A DNA stretch of 61,904 nt, the filler included, from Hausera hauseri (lineage: Eukaryota): assembly GCA_046269625.1 (NCBI GenBank). It is 12 parts of 12 records of this genome, joined end to end, with 100 filler letters (N's around TTAATTAATTAA, not from the genome) between each part and the next. Parts side by side here need not be neighbours in the genome. Positions count along the whole stretch, not along the records: positions 8,328 to 14,805 come from JBJURY010096098.1; positions 14,906 to 21,687 come from JBJURY010065884.1; positions 21,788 to 28,188 come from JBJURY010104209.1; 9 more parts are not named here. The stretch is one strand, 5' to 3'. Shown here one piece after another: positions 13,260 to 23,340 of this stretch. The stretch's first letter is position 1, and every line of letters starts with the position of its first letter. Position numbers and translations under genes: made by a program. Below the pieces are notes generated by a model. The model saw only the letters and a program-made list of their open reading frames with translations, was not told the DNA's origin and did not search any database.

Positions 13260-13969
13260 TTATCGAAGAAGAATCCACTCTGATGTTCTTCCTTTTTTCG
13301 ATTAACTTAGACCAGTTCACTTCTAGGGGTAGCTTCCTGGCAGCCTTCCTTGCCAAGCTAGTAGCCTTGTTAAACTCATTTTCTCGATTCGGATTGGTTT
13401 TGATGACCAGATATAGTAACACTTTTCTCTACCATAATTTTCTCAATTATCATTTCATCGCTTAAAGTACTTTTGGTTGATTTACACCGGAGGTTTCTCA
13501 TGGCCTTGGCAGCGTTCGATATGGCCTTCTCCTTCTTGTCTAATATATCATCACCGAGGTTAGATTGGCTTACTATTCGTATCAAGTTTTTCATAAGTTC
13601 GTTCAGCTCCTCATTATCCGCATTAAAATTTGGTATGGACATCTGCCTCAATTCACTGATTAAGTATCCATTATAGTCGATCTCCTCCCGCATTTTCCGT
13701 GGTCTGCCGACAGGACGCTTTTGATTTGTTATAGCAGGTGCACTGCCATCGATCGGTACTAAATTTTTATCATATTGCTCATTATCTTCATCTGTCTGCA
13801 GGTACTTGAAATATACGTCTGCATCTCGGACCCCTATTATTTGTCCTACCTGTTGTTCGGCCTTAGCCTTCCTTATGGTCTCTTCTTTTGTTTCATCGAT
13901 ACTGGTGGTTACCACTAACCGGTTTATTTCACCTGGAATAATTCTGACTTCTATTAACAAACCGAACAC
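13260..13969 (-). CDS. Short gag-like ORF with an AT-hook
   Basis: KRPVGRPRK AT-hook; SIPNFNADNEELNELMKNL resembles the start of a Ty3/Gypsy capsid (IPxFxG-like); lies directly 5' of the glycoprotein signal sequence; frameshifted near 13400. Confidence 0.5.
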
Positions 13970-14135
13970 TTGCTTTTAACAATTCAGCCAGCTCATTAAC
14001 TCCACCCTAGCATTTGATTTTTCAGCTATGAAGAAGTAAATTCTAAACACTGGAAGTGTGTTGCCAACACCCAAAAATAAAAAAACCAGATCCACACACA
14101 CACAGAGTAAGTGGGACTAGACAATTTTCAGTGAA

Positions 14136-14251
14136 GTTAGGTGTGAACGTACAAAGTATGGGACGTTAGGTGTGAACGTACACATTATAGGAAATTATGT
14201 GTGAACGTACACGGTATGGGGAATTAAGTGTGAACATACACCGTATGGGAA
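14136..14251. repeat. 4 x 29-bp tandem repeat in the retroelement 5' leader
   Basis: Units GTTAGGTGTGAACGTACAAAGTATGGGAC / GTTAGGTGTGAACGTACACATTATAGGAA / ATTATGTGTGAACGTACACGGTATGGGGA / ATTAAGTGTGAACATACACCGTATGGGAA. Confidence 0.9.
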
Positions 14252-14505
14252 ATTATTATTATAGTACGAGACAACACTAGGCCTTCATCAAGTACACACA
14301 AAGTAAACACGTTACACGAAAGATGGTAACACTGTGAATGACAAACGAAAATATTAGATAGAGATGGGACATTCGAAACACCAAAATGCCTTGTATCTTG
14401 AAAAAACAATGGAGATTCGAAAACTCGAATGTGTGCTTTTTCCGTACTTCGAATCTCTCGAATCCTTAACAATAACAACAAAAAAAAAAAACTATTAAAC
14501 GTTTT

Positions 14506-14525
14506 AAGTTAGGAAATACGCCATG
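14506..14525 (-). promoter_or_regulatory. Candidate 5' LTR end and primer-binding site (...TTATCA|TGGCGTA...)
   Basis: CA immediately followed by TGG upstream of the leader repeats and first ORF; no second LTR in the contig to confirm it. Confidence 0.4.
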
Positions 14526-15799
14526 ATAATAAACGTTACGTGGCACACTCGACCCATTGTTTACCATTTGAACTACTCAGTCACGACTTCTCGCAGCTCA
14601 GCGTTTTTAGTTCTAAATCAAGGTACTTCTACCAAGAGTTGCGTCGTCTTCATTAGTCCGCTCTAACTGGCTCAACATAAGATTAAGACTTCCCTCTATT
14701 TAGTTTTCCATGTTTAACAACTGTTACATATGTTTACCCTTGAAATAATCTTCCTCCTTCTACATTTGTTTTGATTTAAAATGATTCTCGAAAAAAAAAA
14801 ATATTNNNNNNNNNNNNNNNNNNNNNNNNNNNNNNNNNNNNNNNNNNNNTTAATTAATTAANNNNNNNNNNNNNNNNNNNNNNNNNNNNNNNNNNNNNNN
14901 NNNNNATCAACGGAAACGGTGGAGTGGACATTAGCTCCATACGGCGCTATATATGGAAATTAGAGTGATACGTAGTTCATATTCGCTTGACGCAAAACAT
15001 TCTGAACAATATCTAGAATATAGCTTCGTATTGAACTATGTGGAAGTTTTATTTGTCCATAGAAATATGCGTAAAAGGTAGTGGATCGGCTTGACCCATA
15101 ATTTATCCATAAATGTAAATGGAATATGGTTGCATATTGCTGATTACTTGACGTATAAATCCATTGGTAGCGTTGTTCAAATCATATAATCATTTTTTGT
15201 GCAGTAGACATAGAAATTCACACTTGTGGCAAAAGAAACGATGCTATCAGTCTTGTACGAAATACGCCCTCGAATTTGCTGAGAAAGCCAAAATCCAATC
15301 GTATATTCGGCAAGCTTACTGGGTATGTTAGATGACTATGTTGCTGAATTGTACCCATCAATACAACTGAAGTTTGGGATATCAATCGCCGAAATGTGCC
15401 CAAACGAAATGTCCAGATTTGTTGTTGTGCAGCAAACCAACTGTCTAAAATATTTTATTTGTTCTTGTACAGAAATTACTGATATAATTGATCTGTCATA
15501 TTGTAAGTTAGAATTATCCATTGACAGCACGTTTACTTTCGCATCACATAGAGTCAACGGAGTATTGTGATATGACCATTGTGATAATACAAATGATACT
15601 GTGACGCGAAGAGTGTTATACCACATACTCGCATATGAGTTGGCGAAAGGCACGTTCAGATAATTTAAAACATTTTGTATTGCTGATGTTAGCGATGGAG
15701 CATTAATTTTGGTTAAAGTGCCACTGGTGTAAGATACATCAACGGCGTTTTGGTAATAACCACATACATTTAAAATATATTGATTTGTATTATTTGCAT

Positions 15800-16217
15800 A
15801 ATAAAACTGCTGCAGGTGGAAGCACATATTTTAACGTAACCCATTGACATCAGTATTAGATTTGCCGATATAATGGTTAGGAAACCACTGACTAGAAACA
15901 TTTGTAAATAGGACACGGAGAAATACAGCATAACGCATCCAAAGAGGAAGAAGATTGAAGCAAAGCATTTGGCAATTTTGAATTGAAAATAATCGAATAG
16001 AAATCCCAATAGAAGAGCCATAAAAGTCTGATAAGCCATCCTCAGAACAACAGCGTGATGGAGGAAAGGTTCTCTTCACAGATATTTCTGTTGCTGGGGA
16101 ACGTGCTTTCGTAAGTTGAAAAATTGCGAAAACCTTTTTAGCCGATGAGAATCCATTAATTATACCGATGAATCCGAAACTCTCTACCACCAGAATGATA
16201 CATAGTGAAAAGACCAA
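15800..16217 (-). pseudogene. SLC43A/LAT3-like MFS transporter N-terminal fragment, frameshifted
   Basis: VESFGFIGIINGFSSAKKVF (TM1-like) and FMALLLGFLFDYFQFKIAKCFASIFF (GxxxD MFS motif A context) in two frames. Confidence 0.55.
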
Positions 16218-16310
16218 AAGATAATGTTTCTTGGATTGAGTATAATATTGCGAGAGATGATATTCCTTGTATCATCTTTATAGGATGTGGATTAAGTAGA
16301 GGGACTAGAG

Positions 16311-19300
16311 AATCGGGCCCAACTATAGGTCCGACGCGGCGGCAATGGACGCCCGGCCGTGCCCAACCTAATGGGCCAGAAGGGGCCGGCCGCTGTGGGC
16401 ACCACATTACCCCCCTGTGGTAAAGTGAAAACTATGAAGTGAAAAGGGCAGAAAGAAAAATTCGCAAAACGAAAACTGTCTGTGTCAGCTGAGCTTAGTG
16501 TGAATAAGACGTTGGGTACCTTCAACTGATTTATCCCTCCTATATTTGCTAAATGTGACTCTGCGTGTTGTGTCTTTATGCGGTGTGTTTGTTGGCAGAG
16601 ATAGAGGTTGGGGAAAAATATGTTAGATTGTGGTGTAGGTGTTGTGTCGTGCGAAGATAAGTCGGAATAAAGAGAAGAAGAGGCCGAAGAAGGAAGAGAA
16701 ATTGCTGAAGATGGATGGTTAAATACATTGAAAAGAGTGTTAGAAAAAGAAGGAGTGATAAAGGTTTAGTGGCGGATAAAGGAAGAGAGAAAGGGTTGGA
16801 GTAGAAATTGGAATTGAGTTGGATGTAAGAGTGAAAGAGGAAGATAAAACAGAGTGAGTGGTAGAGATAGGAAGAGTGGTAGGAATAGAAGTAGGTGTAG
16901 AAAATGAAGCAGGACTAGGAGCAGAAGGGGAAGGTAGAACAGGTGTAGCAATAGATATGGGAATAACAGGGAGCGTAGGCGTGAGAAAAGAGGTTGACGT
17001 GTCGGTTGGTAGTGTCGTCGACGAAGAAGGCGCGCTTTATGTTGGTAATATGCACTGTAAGTACTTTGCCATCTTTAGAGATAATGGCGTTGTGTGAGTG
17101 CAGCTGTATCAGTTTATAGGGTCCCAGGTACCGTGGCTGGAAACCCAAAGGCGCTTGATTCTTTAGCCATAAGAATTTTGCCGAATACAAATCTTCGGGT
17201 AATTATATTTTATCTTTGTGAAGTAGCCTGCAGAACGAATCTTTGCTGACCGTAACGAAGTGATTTTGCGCTGTCCGTACTGTTTCATCCGTGCGAGTGT
17301 CGTCCAGGGCGGTCAGTTCAAAGAATGATCGGACAGGAGCTGCAAATAAGGGTTCAGTAGGTGAGCATCCTGTAGAAGTGGACGGAGTGTTTCGCCAGCC
17401 GAGCTTAACAAACGGACGAAGATTCGTCCAACTAGTGTTGGACTCTGCGAGGAATCGTAGTGACGTTTTCAATGTTCGGTGTAAACGTTCTAGAAGTCCA
17501 TTCGATTGGGGGTGATAAGGCGTAGAATATATATGATGGATCCCCAGTCGGTTAACAAGGTATTTTAACAGGTTGGATTCAAACTGTGGACCCTGGTGCT
17601 TGACAATGAAGCGAGGTGATCCAAACCTGCTAATCCGTGTGTGAATGAAAACGTCAGCTATAGTGTCGGTATTTGTGCTCCGCAGAGGGTGGCTTCTGGC
17701 CATAGCGAGGAACGGTCCATCATGGTGAGCATGAATTTATGTCCGTTGTCTGGCGGAAGAGGGCCAACGATGTCGATATGCACGGATTCAAAACGCGATG
17801 TGCAGGGAAAATGGAATAGTGGTGACTTTAAGTGCCTAGCTATTTTATATTTCTGGCAAGACAGACACTTTTTAACCCATGACTGCACATCAGAACGCAT
17901 TGACGGACAAATTACTTGTCGATGGAGTAAACGACAAGTGGCTTTAGCTATAGGATGGTGTAGTGAATGCACGCTGTGAAATGCTTGCCTTTGCAATGAT
18001 GGTGCTAGAATTATTACGGAATGGCTTGGTTTGGAAGTGTCTAAAGCCACGCCGTCAACGATTGTGCAAGATTTGAAAGAATTAAGAATGTCCTAAGGTG
18101 GCTGGTTCTGTTGAAGTTGATCTTGCATAAAAATCGGTGAAAAATTAATGGAAATAACCGACCTAGATAAAAAATCGGCAACCAAATTGTTAACACCGTC
18201 AATATGTTTAATGTCGCTGTTAAATGTCGATAAGCATGATATTTGTCGTTCTTGGCGTGCGGAACAGTGTTTCATAGCCATGATGTTAGGTAAGGTCTTG
18301 TGATCGGTTTGTATAGTGAAATGACGAGCGACAAGTAGGTAGGAGAAATGCTTTAAAGCGAGAACGATGGCCAATAGTTCTCGATCGAACGTTGAATATT
18401 TGGTTTCAGGTGCTGTTTGCTTGCAAGAGAAAAATTTTAGTGGTTGATTTTCTCCCTTGTAGATCTGGTGTAGCACAGCGCCTACTGCAGTGGTTGACGC
18501 GTCTGTAGTAAGGATAAGTTCTGCATCAGGCTTGAGGAAAGCAAGAGTATCGAGAGTTTTGATTCCTTCGCGTAACTTATCACATTTGCCAATTAATTCA
18601 GGTATCCACTGGATTGGCTGTTGTTTCGTGCCGCCGCTTAGGTATGCGAATGTGCTGTCAATTCGGAGCAATATTGTATTTATTTATGTACAAAGTGTAG
18701 TGTACCAAGGAAACTGCGCATTTCGGTGGTTGTGCGTGGCAACTGGATATTTTTAAGAGCTTCGACTGGGTCTGGTTGGGGAGAATGACCATTTGGTAAA
18801 ATAATGTGGCCTAAAAAGTTAATGCGCTTTTTGAAGAAATGGCATTTGTCGAAACTCACTTGGCGATTATGGTGGTTGAGACGTTGGAATATTGCGCGAA
18901 GGTGTTCCGCGTGTTGTTTGGCCGAAGATGAAACGACTAGAATATCATCGATATAAGGGTGTGCAAATGGGAAATCGGAAAGAATTGAATCAATGTGCCG
19001 CTAAAAAGTTTGTGGGGCATTCCGCAAACCGAATGGCATAAACAGGTATTCATAGAGGCCGAAAGGAGTAGTGACAGCAGTTTTTTCTATGTCATCGGGG
19101 CCAGCGGTATTTCATGGTATGCTTTAGCTCAATCAGTGGTCGAATAAATGGTGGTTGAATTAAGACGATGCAAGATATCCTTGATAAGTGGTAAAAAGTA
19201 CGCATCCATGATAGTCAAGTTGTTCAGCTGTCCGTAGTCATCGCATGGTCTAAAGGTACCGTCCTTTTTTGTACAACGTGTAAAGGTGGTGACCAAGGAA

Positions 19301-21440
19301 ATTTGGACCGGTGTACTATGCCGGAACGTTCTAGTTCAAGAAATTCGGCATCTACGGCCTGCCTACGACGAGGTGACAGAGGTCGTACCTTTTGGCGTAT
19401 TGGTCGTTGATGCTGTGTAACTATATGGTGTAAAGTACTGTTTGCGGAAGTAAACGTACGATCTTTTTTAAGTACGCGTGGGCATGATGTGTTGACGAAT
19501 TGTTGTAAAGTTGTAGTTAACTGTGAGAGATTCGGTGAAAGTGGTGAAACGGCTTGAGTAGTAGCGGATGCAATTTGTGAGTTGTCTGGTGATGTGCAAT
19601 AAAGTGGTATTTTGTGTAAAATGGTCGAATTGAAAATAGTGTTGGGTGAAGTGATTTCGTCGCATGAATTAACGTTGGTGGCAGTACCAAAATTAACGAC
19701 ATCGAACCTCGATCGAATATCAGTATTATTATTTTAAAATTTACTAATTGAATTATTGTTATGAAAATTCGAATTATTCATTGATTTTTTCAAGATTGAC
19801 CTCCGCGTCCCGGTCGACCGAGCGGTAATCGAAATGCTATTGACATGCCCAGAAATGCCGCCAGTGGTGCCGTTCCTTAAACATTGCTGACTGTATTCAA
19901 CCAATAGATTATAATATGATAGAAAATCGGATCCAAGAATTGACGTCTGGACGTTAGCGACTTCGAACGTTTAATGGAAATATGAAGGAAATTTTGGTAA
20001 GATGAAAGATAATTTAGCCATGCCAGAAATGTGCAGCGGTTGGCCTGAAGTGGTGTATAAGGGCTTAATTCTGAATGGAGAATTTTGTACAGGAAAGGTT
20101 TGTGGTAATAAAAAAATCGCTGCACCTGTATCGATTAGGAAATCAACAGATTGCGTTGTAGGAGCGGTGATTGCAGCTTTTAGAGTAAAGACAGCAAAAG
20201 AGACGTTTCGGCGTTCAGAACGTGAAGTAGTGCCTTTGCGAGAGTTTGCCGTGGCTTCTTACGACGAACTCAGTTTTTTTGAAAGGGTGAACTAGTACGA
20301 ATATTAGAAGGAAAGGTAGTACGTCCGTCGTTTGTATCTGATTTGAAAGTGCAGCTTGGAATGCATTTACGAGCTTATTTTTTAAACCTTGCGTGGTAGA
20401 TGCAAACAACCAGGAAAAACACTTGTTATAAAATTTGCACCCTAGGCAGCAATTCTGAGCACTAGTGTTAAATCTTCTGTGGTAATAGTAAATTGACGAA
20501 CGCACAGGCGATGGTGGGAGGTTTCTAGACGCAGAACGAACACGGTCAACGACAAAATCCCTCCGGCGGGACAAGGTGAGTTCGCTTAGTTTATTATTAA
20601 TATTGTTGATTGTTGATTGTAGTGCAATATTTTCAGCACGTAGCTGATTAAGCTGTTGTTCTAATGATGTGTTATTGGTTTGAATATTGTTAGCGGCAAC
20701 TGCTGCCAAAACAACTGATGGGGAATTTACGTGTAGGACATCGTGTGTCCTATCTGCTAATTCGGCCAATTTCTCAAGAGGCGTGGAGTCCTCGAACACG
20801 ATAAGTATGGCACGGATTTAGATAGGTAAAGCATTGAGGAAATAGTGGCGCAGTAAGTCCGGATTGTGTTCTTTAGTGACGCCGAGGGTATGTAGATGTG
20901 AGAAAGAGGTGCGTAATAATTCTGATGGTCGTTGCGTGTCTATAGCAATGTCGTGGAAGAAACGTTATATGGTCGTATCCATGGAGGGTTCTGTGATTTT
21001 AAGAACGGCATTGAAGAGTTAGGGATATGGGTCAAAAAGTTCAAAAATTTCGATGATGTTGCAAATGCGTGTTTTGATGTTATTATGGAGTAAAAAGAGA
21101 AGATTGTGTGCCTTGGTTAAAGAATCAGTAATATAGTTGATGGAATTGCAACCATGTTTTGCTGGATCCTTGGTTGTCAATGAAGAATTCGGTGCAGTTA
21201 AGGAAAGGAGCGGAAGAGGTAATGTATGGGAAGTTGTTAGCAGGGGTAGAAATGGGTTTTTGAAGCAATATGACAGATTTTGGTTTCATGGTGGTTGTAT
21301 CCGTGGTGTCTATGGTTGGCAATGAGTTCATGCAACCACGGGTACGGAAGTGTATGTGGATACAAGTATGGGTTGAGGAAGATGGTACAGTTCCAGTGAG
21401 GAGTACTATAGAAGTAGTAGGTAAATGTACCTTCTCCCTC
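16311..21440 (-). mobile_element. CsRn1/Kabuki-like Ty3/Gypsy retrotransposon, copy A (gag-pol, decayed)
   Basis: gag with CxYH..F..A..C...C boxes; FLIDTGAA protease; RT (PYIDDIL); TTDAS RNase H; VHIDIVGPLP and PYHPQSNGLLER integrase; GPY motif; PPT AGGGGGG at about 16410-16416; LTR start TGTGGTG at 16406. Confidence 0.93.
20238..20280 (-). promoter_or_regulatory. -1 ribosomal frameshift signal between gag and pol (A AAA AAC-stop plus downstream stem/pseudoknot)
   Basis: gag ends ...CAA AAA AAC TGA; the -1 frame leads to the FLIDTG protease (one stop in this decayed copy); homologous sites in copies B, C and D. Confidence 0.75.
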
Positions 21441-21680
21441 ACCCCCGGAAGGGTGGGGGTAATCGATAAATCGATTTTGCACATGTGCCAATCGATAGTG
21501 CACACGGAGCACTATCGATCTGCAGTGTGCTAGGCAACGGTGCCCCTAGGTACCGTTGCTAATGGCACTTTTGCACTTTTCACAAATCGATAATTGCACA
21601 GTGTAGTATTGATTGAAGCGATCAGGACAAAGTGATAATCGATAGAGCACATCGAGGTTCATCGATTGGTACATGTGCAA
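21441..21680. repeat. Nested-palindrome element (MITE-like)
   Basis: 20-bp inverted repeat 21477-21496 / 21661-21680 (1 mismatch); internal hairpins at 21491-21519 and 21534-21559; many ATCGAT sites. Confidence 0.7.
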
Positions 21681-22329
21681 GTGTGCANNNNNNNNNNNNN
21701 NNNNNNNNNNNNNNNNNNNNNNNNNNNNNNNTTAATTAATTAANNNNNNNNNNNNNNNNNNNNNNNNNNNNNNNNNNNNNNNNNNNNATTTGCTCCAGAA
21801 GAGCACTGAGAGACCGCCTGATTTTATATGTCGAATCGAGATTTGAATCATTTGAAATCGAATTAATAAGTTTCGAATCGGGTAATTTCTCCCGAACTGG
21901 AACACAAGGAGCTTATCTGCTGTGTGACGATGACCGACTAGAATTCTGTGAGGAATTTTCTGTACTCTGAGAGTTGGATGCATTATGAGATCGAATTTGA
22001 GATTTATTTGTTGAACAAGCGTCATTCGTTTGATTGTTCGTCAATTCGGAATTTTCAAAATCATAATTCAAGGGCAATTTCAATCGGCAATCAATATTGG
22101 CATTAAATTTCTGTTTGCTCGATTTGGTAATATCCTTGTCGTTGTCAAACAGGTTTTGTTTTGTTCGGACACCTGAACCTTGGTTTTAATTCATATTTAA
22201 AGGCCCGAGAGTAGTCGTTTCATTTGGCGCTGTAGTACCTGTCAACTGTTTTGGGACTATTGATGCCCGAGATCTTTACATACAAGGCATACTTGGTCTT
22301 CTATCTGTAGATACAGCAGCATATGATTT

Positions 22330-23330
22330 TAGTAATTAAAATGCCTTTTAGATATAGTTCACCAATAAACCTTATAATTCCAAAATAACGATCTTTAACT
22401 TTTTAAATTTGTTCGCCAACATTACTTTCTATCGGTGCTTTTGTTTATGGTTTTTCATTGGCTGCTTTTAAAAGCCACTTCTCTTTTACACTGTCTAATT
22501 ATTCTTCTAAAGGGGTCGTGAAAATGGCCTGACACTTTTGAAGCATAACACTTCTGAACGTAACAATTTCATTATCTGAAACGTCGGCTTTAATTTTGGC
22601 TAATTATGAGCAGATTTTGGAAAATATGACACTGTATGCTTCTTCTTTAACCGCCTTCAGAAATAATTCGTTTACCAAACACGTCATTTCTTCATGTGTA
22701 CCAATTTTCAACGATACAAGATCTTCAAGACATTGATCAAAATTTTGGGGCACTATTCTATTCAATATTCCTTTGATTTGTCGGATAAGTTCCTCGGATT
22801 CATTGATTTTTTTGCCTGCAGCCATTCTTTATCGAGCTGTTATGTAACCGTCATCACTTCTCTGTACAGTGGCGTCAGAAGTTCCTAAGTTAATATATTT
22901 GGGACCAATAGATCCACTTCTAGCACCTGGACCTCTACATGTATTTAAACGATTCGGTGAGTTCTTCATATTCTTTTGGTTCAAGGAACGAATACTTTCA
23001 GCATTGATATACGATGAAATATTAAGTGGATCATCAAGGATAATTGGATCGGTAAAATTTTCTTTCGAGGGCAACTTCTTTGGTTTCTGTCGACTTAAAT
23101 CACTCTTTCCAACCCGCAGAAGATCATCCCTCGTGTAAATGAATCGAATCGGTTGTTTGATGTCAGACGACGATTCCGAAATATCGTTACTATTTTGTAT
23201 TACCACCAGTTCGAAGTTCACGTCTGATGAATAGCAATATTGGTCCAGAAATTCTTTCTCCAAAATTTTTATCGGCTCACTATGCCTCGTCAAAATTTTC
23301 GACTGATTGCTATTGATATTGTTGTAACTT
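22330..23330 (-). pseudogene. eIF4G-like pseudogene (eIF4E-binding motif plus MIF4G domain)
   Basis: YTRDDLL (YxxxxL-phi) at about 23117-23137; IKGILNRIVPQNFD, LFLKAVKEEAYS, FRSVMLQKCQAIF, GIIRFIGELY; in-frame stops and a frameshift; no introns evident. Confidence 0.85.
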
Positions 23331-23340
23331 CTCTCGTGAT

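Larger units (their letters stand above)
8328..14800 (-). mobile_element. Ty3/Gypsy-type LTR retroelement with glycoprotein gene upstream of pol, copy 1 (decayed, 3' end cut by contig end)
   Basis: Order on the minus strand: candidate LTR/PBS, 29-bp repeats, gag-like ORF, glycoprotein, PR remnant, RT (YLDD), RNase H, integrase. Confidence 0.88.

Noticed and set aside
14136-14251. 29-bp repeats (and the 22-bp repeats at 28976) as a CRISPR array
   Set aside because: Units are head-to-tail with no unique spacers, there are no cas genes, and the context is eukaryotic.
16311-16406. HDV-like or hammerhead ribozyme in the GC-rich LTR block
   Set aside because: Could not place the HDV nested pseudoknot core or the CUGANGA/GAAA boxes; kept only as an unexplained structure.
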